Assembly: GCF_009914755.1 (NCBI RefSeq)
Contig: NC_060926.1
Strand: one strand, 5' to 3'
DNA from: the human T2T-CHM13v2.0 reference genome, Homo sapiens
Length of the DNA stretch: 64,000 bases
Positions 40,946-55,800 of this stretch are shown here, piece after piece. Within the stretch, counting starts at the first letter, position 1; each line of letters begins with the position of its first letter. The notes beneath the pieces are model-generated. The model ran no database searches. It saw nothing but the letters and a program-made list of their open reading frames with translations, and was not told where the DNA came from. The translations under genes and the position numbers were made by a program.

Positions 40946-41805
40946 TCACCTACTGAAAGAATTGCAAGTCAAAGCCAGGTTCAGCCTCAGGCTCAGGTAC
41001 TCACCCATAAGCCCACTCCCTAGCTCTTCTCCAGGCCACTCAGCTTCTCCCACAGCACCAAGGTAGAACACAAAAGGCTCAGTAACAAATCCAGCAGGTG
41101 GCCCCTTTCTAATGAGGCAGAATTAAGCAGATCAGCGTCCCAGGACTGAAGGCATACAGCCACCTTTCACATGATGAGTGCCAGTCCCTGTGTGCCACAT
41201 CAGATCAGCCTTCTGACCCCAAGCCATCCAAATATCCCTGCTCTACTGCAGAGGGTAGGAACTGAGCTAGACAAAATAGGAAATGTTCTGAAACCAAGTG
41301 TGGTCATGAGCTCTGACCAACATGCAGGAACACTTGTAGATGCTGGAGATGGTCCAACACAAAGGATAGTGTGCATTACAGAGATGAAATGGAAAGGCAA
41401 ATGGGAATATAGGACCGCTGTTGCAATCATGAGATCATATGATTCCAATACTGCTTATCCCAGTGGAGGTACAGGTTAGCTCCATTGTTCAATTTAGTAA
41501 CTATTGATCAGAGAAAATGCTGTGTGCCAGGCACTGTTTCTAGGTGTGAGACAACAGACAAAAATCCATACCACCGAAGCTTACAAACTAGTGCAGGGAG
41601 ACAGACAGGAAACAAGAGAAAGAAGGATAGAAAGACAGGCAGTGTCCGTGTGCGCACATGTGCCTGTGTGTTTTGAGGTGGAGGAAGCATTCTAATCATA
41701 TGAGCAGCTCAACGTGGTGATAAGAGCCTTGAAGTGGGAATGAGGAGAAACTGTTCTTCTTTTGCACGTGAACTCATTTGACACTCATGATAATCTATGA
41801 GCTAC

Positions 41806-42005
41806 AGTGGCAGGTGTCTAGGTGGCCCTGCGACCTGCTTGCCAGTGTTCACACCCCTGTGCGTTCCCCTCCCCTTCAGTGCAGGCTGCACCTGGTGACT
41901 CGGTCTAACAAATAGAAAATGGCAGAAGTGATGGGATGTCACATCTGAAATTAGACAGTAAAAAACTGGCTCCTAAATCTCTCTCTCTCTTTCTCTCTCT
42001 CTCTT

Positions 42006-42057
<52 letters not shown>

Positions 42058-42363
42058 CTCACTCTGGGAGAGGCTGTCAGTTGTGAGCAGCCCTATAGGC
42101 CTACGTGGTGAGCACCTGATGTCTCTGGCCAATAGCCAGCAAGGACCTGAGGCCACCAATGGCCTCATGAGTGAGCTTGAAAGCAGGTCCTTCCCCAGTC
42201 CAGCCCAGGGATGACCGCAATTCCAGCACTTTAATTGCATCTTCCTGACAGATCACCCATAAGCCACACCCATATCCTTGACCCATGGACACTGTGACTT
42301 TAGAAATGTTTGTTATTCTCAACCACTAAGTTTGGGGTAATTTGTTATACAACAGGCAATACA
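41806..42363 (+). mobile_element. MLT1F-type solo LTR containing an expanded (CT)n
   Basis: aatagaaaatggcagaagtgatgggatgtcac...ccactaagtttggggtaatttgttatacaacaggcaataca. Confidence 0.8.
41978..42057. repeat. Compound (CT)n(CG)5 microsatellite
   Basis: Pyrimidine run 41978-42046 followed directly by cgcgcgcgcgc. Confidence 0.95.
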
Positions 42364-42679
<316 letters not shown>

Positions 42680-42684
42680 TTATA

Positions 42685-42830
42685 TAGGCAGGTACTTTTC
42701 TTACCTCCATTTTATAGAGGATAAAACAAGGCACAGAGAAGTAAATTAACTTGTCCAGGACATACAGCAAGTAATGCCAGGGCTGAGATTTGAACCCTAA
42801 CAGTCGGGCATCTAGAGCCCGTACAACTGA
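42685..42830 (-). mobile_element. MIR
   Basis: ccattttatagaggataaaacaaggcacagagaag...gctgagatttgaaccc. Confidence 0.75.
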
Positions 42831-43484
42831 GCAAGGCAGGATGCTGACATATTCAAGTATGGGTTTGTGCATCTGCTCCTCTAATCGGACTGTGCTCTCC
42901 TTTTCAGATCTGTGCACCTGGCACTTGGTCATTGTCCAGCACTTAGGAAGTGCTCAGCAAATGCTAGCTGAGTGAAGCCAGGAGGGTGGAAGTGAGCAGA
43001 GCTGTCCTCTTGACTCTAGCCCACCTTGCACCAGAGAAGGGAAAACAGAAGCGGTGAGGAGAAACGTCCCCCACGTCCCCATCAGCCCCTAGTCTCCTGC
43101 ATGGAGCTGGAAGCTGCGTTTTTGTTTTGTTTTGCTGGGACATACACAATCCAAGGAGAGCATGTTAGACTTGGCCCTAAGTTTAATATCCTCGATCTGA
43201 TCTCCTAATCTTTTTCAGGTGCATCTCACATTCGGAATCTTTATTTGGCTTCCAAACAGCAAGTCGTCTCTTGAACTGAAAAAATGTGACTTGTATCTGT
43301 TTATCTTTAGTAACCTCTGAAAGATATGTTTGTAACTTTATGGGAATGTTCTACAAGCCTGTTAAACAACATCTGTTCTTGTTGCTTGTACACTTTCGGA
43401 GATGGGTCTTTAGGATTTTTTTTTTTTCAAGAAACATCTAGAAAGAATTTTTTTTATTACGTTTTCATTGTTCTGGTGCAAAGT

Positions 43485-44110
43485 ACACGTGAACTCACAG
43501 CTCCCAGCCACTCGACTTTGCGGAGGGGGCTGAAAGCCTCAGTAGCGCACCCGGCCGGGAAAGGCGGAGCCGACAGCTGTCGCGGGGCGGGGCTTCCAGG
43601 GCCGGGAGGTGGAAGGCGGAGAGCGGCGAGGGCTCCGGCTCCGGACCCAGCCGAGCGCGCAGCGTGAAGCGGAGAACGCCGGGTTAGCGCCAGGCTGAAT
43701 CCTCGCTCTGACTCCTATTGCGGTGGGATGTGGTCTCTGAGTCTCCGTTTACCGATTTTACGGAATGGAACTTATAATGAACACCAGCCAACACAAGCAG
43801 AGGTTTGCCTTGAGTGACTTCTCTGAAAGTGGCACCTTTTACCATTTTTTAGGTAACAGAAACTGACCTGAGGGTGACTAAGCCCGAGATGAAAAGCTGT
43901 TAAAGGGACCTGCATGGAAGCAAACCGGTGTGCGGCGCCGAGCATAGGGTGCTGGGGGCGCCTTTTTTCTGTGCTGGCGTCCCCCACCCCCGGCTTGCTG
44001 TCCTCGTGAAACCTCGCTCCCGCACTGCAGCTGGGTCGGGAAGCCCTTCCTGGAAGCCTTACAGGGTCCTTGGTTCTGTGAAACGAAGGCAAGAAAGGGA
44101 AACCGGCCCT
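43485..44110. promoter_or_regulatory. Small CpG island / candidate promoter
   Basis: About 29 CpGs in 43501-43770 (hand count) in non-repeat DNA; GC box ggggcggggc 43584-43593; E-box cacgtg 43486-43491; second CpG cluster ~43926-44110. Confidence 0.75.
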
Positions 44111-44174
44111 GCCTGAAGGTGCTGAGTCCATGCCCTCGTGTCTTGCAGTTCCAGGAGCACCGATACATGCATCT

Positions 44175-45150
44175 TATTTTTATCTAATTAATGTAGTTTT
44201 TTGAGCAGTTTTAAAAAGGTTTACAAAAAAAATTGAGTGGAAAATACAAAGAGTTCTCATATACTCCTTTTCTCTTCTGACATCTTCTATGAGTGTAGTC
44301 GATTTGTTATGATTGATGAGCCAACGTTGATATATTATTATTAGCTAAAATCCATACTTTACATTAGCATTCACTCTTTGTGTTGTACAATCTGTGGGTT
44401 TTGACAAATGCGTAATGTCATGTGTCCATCATCACAGTAACTATACAGAACAGTTTCACTGCCCTAAAAATCCCCAATGCTCCACGTAGTCCTCCCTCTT
44501 TCCCCTCAAGCCCCTGGCAACCACTGATCTTTGTAGTATCTCCATAGTTTTACTTTTTCCAGAATGTCATATACTGTAGCTGGAATCATACAGTAAGTAG
44601 CTTTTTTAGATTGGCTTCTTTCACTTAGCAATATGCATTTTATTAATAAGTTCCTCCATGTCTATTTGTGGCCTGATTGCTCATTTCTTTTTATGGCTGA
44701 ATAATACTCTGTTATTGCAGGTAGCACATTAATTTATCCACTCACCTGCTGAAGGACATCTTAGTTGCTTCCAGGTTTTGGCAATTATGAATAAAATTAA
44801 TCTAAACATTCATGTGCAGATTTTTCTATAGATGGAATCTTTCAACTCTTTTGGGAAAATACCAAAGAGTGCAATTGCTGGGTCATATGGTAAGAGTATG
44901 TTTAGTTTTGTTTAAAAAAGAAAAAAAAAAGGCTAGACTGCCTTTCAAAGAGGCTGTACCATTTTGCAGCCATTTCCACTAGCAATGAATAAGAATTCCT
45001 ATAGAATTCCTATTGTTCCACATTCTTGTCATCATTTAGTGGTGTCAGAGTTTTGGATTCTAGTCATCCAAATAGGTGTATAATGGTATCCCATTTTTGT
45101 TTTAATTTGCAATTCCCTAATGACATGTAATATTGAATATCACATTCATC
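44175..45150 (-). mobile_element. L1MC/MD-type 3' end
   Basis: ttttgagcagtttta...tgtgggttttgacaaatgcgtaatgtcatg...cagtttcactgccctaaaaatcccc...gttttaatttgcaattccctaatgacat. Confidence 0.85.
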
Positions 45151-46476
45151 ATTTAAATAATGAAATAAAAAGAAATAAGTAAAAATGGAATTTGCCTGCT
45201 CTAAAATGTATGCTATGCCATCGTTGCTGTGTTTAGTGGACAAATATCACTGGGGATTATAAGGCTTGGGCCTCTTGGCCAAGAAAGTGGGCTTCGCTTA
45301 AGGAACAACCTGCTCATTTTCATAATTAATTGCTTGTTTTGGTTACTTTTTGCTTTAGCTACCAGGAAGCTCAAGAGGATCTCTAAAAACGGCACGGGAT
45401 TTATAGTAGATACTTCTACACACCAATTTTACCCCTTACAATCCTACTCCTATTTTCTCTTCACTCTAATTTCCTCATTTATTGGGATCTGAGAAATAAG
45501 GAAGAAATGTTAGTAATATTTAGTTAATTTAGTATTAGTAATATACAGTTTTTTGTGTGTTGGACCACATGTTGAACTGGCTTGAGCTACAAGCCCCTCC
45601 CTGAACCTAACCCAAAAGAGAGAGGCAGAAGATCCCAGAATCCATCGGAAACAGTGGGAACTCCATGAAGAGACAGAAAGTAGTTGAGTCTCATTCCAAA
45701 AACAGAAAGATTGTCTGTAGCGTCAGAAGTCTCTGGAGCCACTAATAGGTGATAGAAAATGAGAAATGATCATAAAAGAAATGAAGCAAATACATAAAAT
45801 GAGAGGAAATCTGCATGGAAAAATACTGTGTTTGCCATGGTTTGCCATGAATCACTCAACCCAATTTTGTGCACCTGAATGCCAAATAAAAAAAACAATT
45901 ACAAAACTTACCAGGAAAAGATGCAATTGTGGTTAAGTAGAAAGCATTTTATGAGCATCAGTTGTTACTATGGAGTATTTATTTGATCCTTATTTGAAGC
46001 CTTGTAAGATAAGCAGGATAAGCATCATTATTCCCATTTTACTAATAAAAAAAATGAGACCCAGGATGTCTAATTTGAAGAGGCCATTTAAATCTACCTG
46101 AGGATTCAGGCTCGACTGCCTGATCCAGGGTCCAGCAGAACAAAGGAGGAAACTTCTGAGAGATCACCTCTTAATAGGGAGTCAGCCTCTAGGGGCCAAA
46201 GGTCAGCTGCTGTAAGAGTATGAGAGGATATGGCATGACTTTGGGACTTTCTCTGCAAGTTTTGCTTGTATTAATTGGTATTATCAGTTGAACAGTGTCA
46301 CCCAACAAAGATGTTTGAGTCCCCAGTACCTCAGAATATAATCTTATTTCTTTCTCTCTTTTTTTTGTAAGCATACATTGAGAATATTTTATTAAAACAT
46401 GTTTCTTTTTCCATTGAGGCCCATGCAGCCAAATAGAGAAATCCAGCAATAAAAGGTGAATATCAGCATATATATA

Positions 46477-47118
<642 letters not shown>

Positions 47119-47194
47119 TTAAAGTGCATCATAAACTGTTTTTTCAGTGAATTGAAGACTTTGACAGAAAAAAATCTTTGTACGCGCACACTGA

Positions 47195-47511
<317 letters not shown>

Positions 47512-47961
47512 AAGAATATGTTGTTAAAACATGTTTCTTTCTTCATTGGGCCTTATGAGGCCAGAATGTGACCTTATTTCAAAATAAGGTCACTGCAGAT
47601 GCAATTAGTTAAATTAAGATTAGGTCATACTGGAGTAGGGCTGGCCCTTAATCCAGTAGAATTGGTGTCCTTATAAAGATGAGAAATTTGAACACAGAGA
47701 CAGGCACGTGGGGAGAACACCATGTGACAATGAAGGCAGAGATCAGGGTGATGCATCTAGGAGCCAAGGAATGCCAAAGATGACCAGCAACTACCAGAAG
47801 CTACAGGAGTGGCATGCAACAGACTACCCTTACAACCTCAGAAGGAGCAAACCTTATCAACATCTTGATTTTGGCCTTCTCGCCTCCAGAATTGTGACAG
47901 AACAAATTATTGTTATTTTAAGCCATTCAGTTTGTCATCTTTTGTTACAGCAGCCCTAGAC

Positions 47962-48310
47962 AGTCAGGGTATGCTGAACAGCTGTAACCAACACACCCAA
48001 GATGTGTAATGGCTCCAACACAACCAAAGTTTACAGTAACAGTCCAAGGCCAAGTTCCATTGGTGGGCACCTCTACTGCACACGGTCATTTAGACATCCA
48101 AGCTAACAGAGGGTTTGCCATCTTTAACAGTGGTTTCCCAAGACTGCCTTGGTCCTACCATTCTAGTCCATGGGAACAGAAAACAGAAGAGGTTTGATAA
48201 GCTGGCCAAAAATGGCTATATCACTTCTGGTCACATTTTCTTGAAGAGAACTTAGTAATATGGCTCTACTCAGTTGCAATAGGGACATATGCAATATGGT
48301 GCAGCTGGAG
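47962..48310 (-). mobile_element. Old MLT1 (I/J-like) LTR
   Basis: gtcagggtatgct...gctgtaaccaac...tcacttctggtcacattttcttg...agtaatatggc. Confidence 0.55.
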
Positions 48311-48900
48311 GAGAGCTAGTGATTCTTCTGCAATGATGAAAGCTGCTATTTGAAAAGGGGGCAGTGAGAGAGCTTATTTCCAGGAATGCAAAAGCCAGGG
48401 AGTTAGAGAAACAGTGTCCAACTCTTCCACCAGTCTTGAGGATAATGCAATTTAAGAGATGGATCAGGTGAAGGCTTTTGAAAAAAAGAATAGAAAACTA
48501 GGGCAAAGCAAGGGCCCTAGGAAGATGGCAAGCATCCTGCAAGGTTTAGCTATTAGAAAACTCATGGGAATGCCCTATTATTATATCCAGATGTTCTAAG
48601 GAAATTTCAACCCAACTCTGCCCCAAGGCATAGGCTCCAGAAAGAATCATCCTGCTTACAGCACCAGGCCTCTGATTCAAAGAACTTGAGAGAGAATAAA
48701 ATTAGCACAGCATAGCCAGAACTGAAGTCCTGTAAGGACCCCCATAAAGTAGACTTCAGGACCCGAGAGATTCATCAAAGGAGACCCAGTTTGTTAATTG
48801 GTTTCCTGGTAAACAGTCAAGAACCTGGGTTTGGTGGATTCAGGAGTCAGATAGAGCTGGGAATAAATCCTCCTTTATGGCTTTGAGCAACTTATGCATG

Positions 48901-49250
48901 TGTTAGGAAGGAATGTGCCCCCCTAAAATTCATATGTCGAAATCCTACCCCTCAATGTGATGGTAGGAGGTGAAAATTTTGAGAAGTAATTAGTTAATAA
49001 GGATAGACACCTCAGGAATGGAATTCACACCTTTATAAGAAGAAAAATGAGAGATGATTTATCTAGGTCATGTGAGGATACAACAAAAAGACAGCCATCT
49101 ACAAATCTAGCAGAGTTCCTTTACTAGTTATTGGATCTATTGGTGCCTTGATCTTGGACTTCCCAGCCCCCAGAACAGTAGAAAATAAAAATGTGTTCTT
49201 TAAACTACCCAGTATTGTATTATGTTTTAGCAACCCAAACTAACTAGACA
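48901..49250 (+). mobile_element. MLT1A-type solo LTR inserted in a MIR
   Basis: aaaattcatatgtcgaaatcctaccc...ccttgatcttggacttcccagcc...actagaca; TSD gcatg/gcatc. Confidence 0.85.
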
Positions 49251-50112
49251 GCATCCTCTCAGAGCATTAGTTTTCTCCAGGGCATAGAGGTGACAATAAC
49301 CAACTTGCAGGGTCACTGTGCAGGGTAAATGAAACAAAATCCATCTCAGTGGCCGTTCATTATCTTCTTTTTTCACCTCCCCTTCAATTTTGGTATAAGT
49401 GCAGTAGATTCCCGTATTGCTTACTTATAACAAAGTGTATCTAAAAGTAGACAATAGAATCAGCAGTGAGATCAGGTTTGACAGCACATTTCACACTTTC
49501 ATGTGATAGAAATGTACATCATTTCTCTGCCCACACCCTGCACCCATTACAGCCCCTGTCCTCACTCTTTTCCACCCAACAAAATTCCTTCCATTCTCCA
49601 AGGCCAAAGTTACATCCACCTCTGCTGTGAATGCTACTCAAATTTTCAAATAGAATTTGATGTTTCCAACCTTAATAAAAACTCCCTGAGGACAGGGTTT
49701 TTGTCTATTGTGTTTACTGCTATATCCTCACCAGTTGGGAAACTACCTAGTACATAGAAGGTGTCAATTTATATCTGTTAAATGAATTGATTAGTTAATT
49801 AGTTAAACTTTCTCCCCTCTGAGACCTACTCATACTACCACTATTCATTCATTCTCTCTTTCCCTCAATAAGTATCATGTTCCCATTGTGCAGGGCATTG
49901 TGGCAATGTGAGAAAGGCCATGGAAACAGATCTGCCCCCAAGGAGCTTACAGTCAATGAGAGGACACCAGACATAAACTATATGTATACATATAACAAAA
50001 ATAATGCCAGGTGGGAGCACCAATATTGCACAGGCATTGTTCAGATGAGAGAAAAGTTGCCTTCAGCTGGAGTGATGGGATGGAGGAAACATTACCAAAT
50101 ATGGGGCCCTGA

Positions 50113-50424
50113 TTTTTTGTTTGTTTGTTTTTGAGATAGGGTCTCACACTCTGTCACCCAGGCTGGAGTCTGGTGGCACGATCATAGCTTACTGCAGCCT
50201 CCATGTGCTTGGCCCTGGGCTCAAGAGACCCTCCTACCTCAGACTCCTGAGTAGTTGGGACTACAGGTGTGTATCACTATATCTGACTAATTTTTAAAAT
50301 TTTTAGTAGAAAGGGGATCTGGCTATGTTGCCCAGGCTGGTCTTGAACTCCTGAGCTCAAGCAGGCCTCCAGCCTCAGCCTCCCAAAGTGCTGGGATTAC
50401 TGGCACGAGCCACCTCATTCTGCC
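50113..50424 (-). mobile_element. AluJ
   Basis: Reverse dimer with J diagnostics; TSD gggg(t)ccctgatttt on both sides. Confidence 0.92.
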
Positions 50425-50612
50425 AGGGGTCCCTGATTTTAACACATCTGTGCTACACATCTTGTCATGTACTTTCTTGGTGACTCCTATACTGGCCCAC
50501 AACACACTGGAAACAGCATCACCCCTTCATCTTTGGGGTCCTTCACCCGACTTCCTGTGCCTACCACAGAAAAGTTACTTGAACATAGGATGATTTAAGA
50601 ATAAGGTTCTTG

Positions 50613-50698
50613 TGCCAGGCGCGGTGGCTCACTCCTGTAATCCCAGCACTTTTGGAGGCTGAGGCAGGTGGATCACTTGAGGTTAGGAGTTCAAGACC
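50613..50698 (+). mobile_element. Alu 5' fragment (3'-truncated, no tail)
   Basis: tgccaggcgcggtggctc...ggagttcaagacc then an abrupt switch to unique sequence. Confidence 0.9.
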
Positions 50699-51856
50699 TG
50701 ATAGAGCATGTCTGGGTTGCAGGAGGAAATGCATCAGAATGTCTCTCCCTTTTAGCAGGTGAATAACTTCTGGAACAATGCCAGCTCAACACAAGTCTTC
50801 ATTTTCCCCTTGAGTTTGGTTTGATGGTTTTTGTGCCAGTTCTGCTCCCAGAGCCAGAGGCTAAATCTGGAGACCTGACATTTGATTCCTACAGGTATCA
50901 TTTTCTAAGTTGCAATAGAAATACAGACATTCTCACTTGTAACTTGGCTAGGAGTACATGTGTGGATGGACATGGAAGCAAGTATGTGGAGTCTGGAAAG
51001 AACAGGCATTTATCCACAGCCACTTGATTGTTACCTTCTTGTCAGGGGCAAATCATTTTGTAACAACTGGCCCACACCCTTGTTAAACCATCCCTTGCCC
51101 AAAATTCATCTGTGCTAATTGGGCCTGAATGAAGACAAAGGTCTCAGTTAAATAACATACCGTTATAGTAGGAATAAGACTTCACAACCAAAGAATCTCC
51201 ATCAATTTTCCTGTCTCAAAAAATGCTAGCCTTCATAAATCCAGCAAACACTGGTGCATATAGAAAAAGCAATGAACTGGAAGCCAGGAAACCTGAGCCA
51301 GGCCCAGGCCCAGCTCAAGTCCTACTCAAACCCTACCTCCTCCATAATGTTGTTCTGACTTCTGTATCCTGCACCCATCTATCTTTTCTTGGAATTTTTA
51401 TTTTGCTGACAACTTGTTTCAAATGATTTTCATAATGTGTTTAGCACATGCTTTGATACACAGTTGGCCCCAGTGGGTGTTTACTCCTACTATCGTCATT
51501 ATTACCACATACCTCACCCCTGAATATATTCCTTCTTTAATTATGCTCTCAAAATATCATGTCTTACCATCTTATATTACAAAAAAAGTCTTCACTGTTG
51601 AGAGAAAGAACTTAGATCTGTACCCCTGAGTATAGACCAAATGCTTCATATTATTATTTTCTAATTTTGCTTTTCAGTTTTGAAAACATAGCAGCATATG
51701 CATGCAAGTATCTATGAGTATAAGAAGAAAATGTAGGAAAATCCTTTGTAACATCTAACATCAGTGGACCATATGGCAGACATGGCTGTAATCTTCAAAA
51801 TTCTGTCCAACAAAGAAATGTGTTAAGCAGGAATCTTTAAATAAATAAAAATAATC

Positions 51857-52271
<415 letters not shown>

Positions 52272-52629
52272 TTACAAGTATAATACAAAGGTGTGGTTGA
52301 TGATTTGTGTGACTTTTTTTAATAGAAGAGGTGACAGGGAAGTGGAGAGAAAGGTACATAGTACGAATGATCTGAGATAAAACAGACTCACATAATCGGA
52401 ATTGCTTTGAACTATCATAAGTCAATAATAATGTGAGAATGTGGAAAGGATTTGGAAGACATTTGCAAACAGGATCTATGATGAAGGGTAAAATCCTCAT
52501 CTGTATTGTTAGCCCAGAGCTGGAGAAAAGAATAAAGGGTGATGTGGCAATTTTCATCTGTGGGCAGGTAGACAGAAAATGGTGGGGATCTGTTCTCTCA
52601 CTCCATTGAGTCCCAACACGAAGTAAATG

Positions 52630-52845
52630 GTCCACAGAAAGAATTTAGGTTCAACGTCAGGATTCATTTCCCAGCCATGAGGGTTGTTAAATGCTAAAGT
52701 GGTTGACCCACAGACAGTAGGCACTTTCCTTCATTGACACTCTTTAAAAGGGAAAATGAATGAAAAAGACACTTCTGTCTGAAACAACTTAGGTGAAGTC
52801 TGCCTTGAAGCACAGGGATGCTCCATATGACCGTTGAAACCTTGT
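52630..52845 (+). mobile_element. L3/CR1 3' end
   Basis: tttaggttcaacgtcagga...atgagggttgttaaatg...tctgccttgaagcacagggatg. Confidence 0.6.
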
Positions 52846-55800
52846 GTCCTCATCATAAGTTACTAAACACACATACTTCTGTAAGTGGGACTATTCAAGA
52901 GATAACTATCACACACTTGCAAATTATACTATGCCTTGGTGCACACTACTCCCTGCAATTATCCTAGAAGGTAAATGTGTGTCTGGCATCACCAATAACC
53001 ATCACCATCAAAATATAAGCACTTTTAGGAACAAACTTCAGATTAACCAAGCTCAACAATCACCACAATGGTGTTCTGTAGTTGTCTATAGAGATGGCCA
53101 TTGCCTATTCAATTTAGCAAGTAGTGCAGGAACAAGCTGAAACTGTCCCACCTAGGCTCAATCTGCCATGCCTGGCGATGGGGGCACAGTCTTCGGTGGT
53201 GAGTACACATTGAGTGCTTACAGGTAGGAGACTCAGATCTTAGTCTTGTCTGATTCCAATCTGCTATGAGGCATCAGAGATGCCTCCTTGCTTCTCTGAC
53301 ACAGTGTTCCCACCCATGAAATGGGCTGTAAAAAAGGACTGTTGTAAATTAGGAACAGATATGGTTCTGAAAAATAATAAAGCTCAAGACAATGTGTGGG
53401 GTCATTACTGTTAAAAGTGGGTTTCACCGAAGGAGTACTCTGTTAGATAAGAAGGCACTGATTGGGTTGAACTTGCTGGCAGTCACTGAAAGTGGCATTA
53501 GGCCTGGCTAAAGGGAAGGCCAGGGTGAGTCGTTGGTTTTACAAATGCAATCAGCTCCTTGTGGATGAGCCAAGAGCATGCTCTCTTTCAGCTTTAGTAG
53601 CACACAGATTTTAGACAACAGGTCCATTTAAAGATCCTGCCCTGGTTAGCAACTGGCTGATCACTTTTCAAAGAAAATGACACCTGCATGGAATCTGAAC
53701 AGAGAAAATAATGAGGAGAAGCATTAATGACCCAATTTTCCAGCAACTCAAAAAAATCATTTCCTCACGAGAATGTGCAGCTGTGCTGGAGACTGTGATG
53801 CTTTGCTTGATTCGTATTATTATGATGATAGTTTGTGAAAACGCCCCCCGTCAGGGCCTTTTTGAGTTTTAGATCAGTAATTTGTGGAAGTAGTCCTAGA
53901 AAAATACCCATCTCCTTCTCCCACAATCTTGCCTAAGAACACTATGCGGCCTTTCTGGTCCCCCAGACTTGGTAGCAGAAAGTCATAAGGGTGAAAATGA
54001 ATTTGCCAAAATTGGACATAAAAGGGTTTGGGGGGCCATCAGGAAATACACTGTCTGTTGAGGTGGAACCAGAACCATCACATGGGCAGAAATACAAGGC
54101 TGGTGCTCACTGCCAGGTGGCAGCTGGCAGGTGGTGAGCAATTATTGGATCTTTTTGCACTTCTTTTTTCAAATTGATGTAGATACAGCAAGATGGTTTG
54201 GTGCACAAAGCAAAGGATTTGGAGATAGGAGAACTGGGGCCTGCCACAAACAGACTGGGAGACCTCTAGGCAAGCCTTCCTTTGGTTTCAGTTTCCCCAG
54301 CTACAAATAAGAGAGATTACACTAGATCAGTGAGGGCAGAGAGCGCTCTCCTCCCACGTCTGTCCAGTTGAGAAACAGTGGCTGCTCAGGCATTACATTG
54401 AAAGGGATCCTGAGGCTGCATCCAGCTCACTAGGAAAGAGTGCCGTGATCGATTCATGATGCCTGCCATGGGTGCAGATAGCAGCGGTAGACACGATGCT
54501 GTGGATTTACCATCTTTGAAGTGGACCAGTCCAGGGCCTCCCAGCATTGGATTCCAGTGGCATGAGTCTGTGAAGCCTTTATAGAGTTCATCAGAGCTCA
54601 AAAAAATAATCAACCCCCTTCCTTATGTAGACCTACCTGTAGGTTCTGCTAGTTTTAACTGCCCCCACCTCCAAATTGCTTGCTCTGAAATGCCTTCACA
54701 GGCCTTGTCCTGACTGGCTCCCATCCCCTGCACACACTTCACTCAGTCATAACCTCACCCTGTCATTTCACGTGGTCTGAGATGATACCCACCAAAAAGA
54801 TGAACAGGGGTTAATTTGTTCTCATGAAATACTGAGTAACAAAGCTACATCACATGACTGAAGGTACCTAATGTGTTATAAACAGACACAAGCTCTTGAA
54901 TCCGGAGTCCTGGATTGTAGCCCCAAACTTGCCATAAAGTTGAAGCCTCTCTCTGTCCCCCACTGGACCTTGGGCAATTTCCTCGCTCTCTCTAGACATC
55001 GGCTTCCTCATCTGAAAAGTGACAGAGAGCTAAGGTCAATGATCTCAGAAGCCTCTGGAAGGTTATGTTTGAGACTTCTCCCTAAGTCCTGAGGGTGACA
55101 TTGGGAAAGCCCATACCCAGCCCTGCTAACTCTTGGGGTCCTAATGGAATAGAAATTCAAGACTAAAGGACCACAGACGCAAGCCTGAACCCACACAGCA
55201 AGCACATGCTGTCACGCCACAGCCCATCTGAAGGACTCCAAATCCTCACTTTTCCAACCCTGGTGGGTAATCCCCCAAACCTCTCTTGTGGAGGACACGC
55301 TTGGCCTCCCTCCTTTCTCCCCACTCCCAGTCCAGACTTCCTCCCTGCCCAGCATGCCCCAAGGGGATTGAGTGGGGCTCTTCTCTAGCCTGCCTTTGGC
55401 CATCGCAGCCCAAGGTGCTGCCTCTCAGGTCTCGTTTCTACAGTGCTGTCTCCACAGAGGGGTTCCCTGAACACCTGAGTAAGCATGTTTCCAGGCAAAA
55501 GGAGCAAGTTCAGGGAGACAGGACCCTCAGGAAAAGCACGGGCTGCAGTTAGCAGATGCTTGAAAAGGGTGTAGACAATCCCAGGGCTGGCTGTGTTGCG
55601 GTGAGGGGTCAAGGCTGGCAGTGCCATAGGCCTCCCACAGCTCCCCATCTGCCACAGTTTCCCTACCCAGAGCAGCTCCTGAAAGAGCACTCTGTCATCC
55701 TTACAGAAGAGGAAAAGGCAAGGAAGAGTGACATGCAGGTGCCTGCTGCATGCCAGGTGCTGGAGTTCATGTACATCATCAAAATCATGACAACCCATCC

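Noticed and set aside
43326-43667. 113-aa ORF running into the CpG island
   Set aside because: Joins T-rich upstream DNA to GC-rich promoter-like DNA; no domain is recognisable, and GC richness explains the lack of stops.
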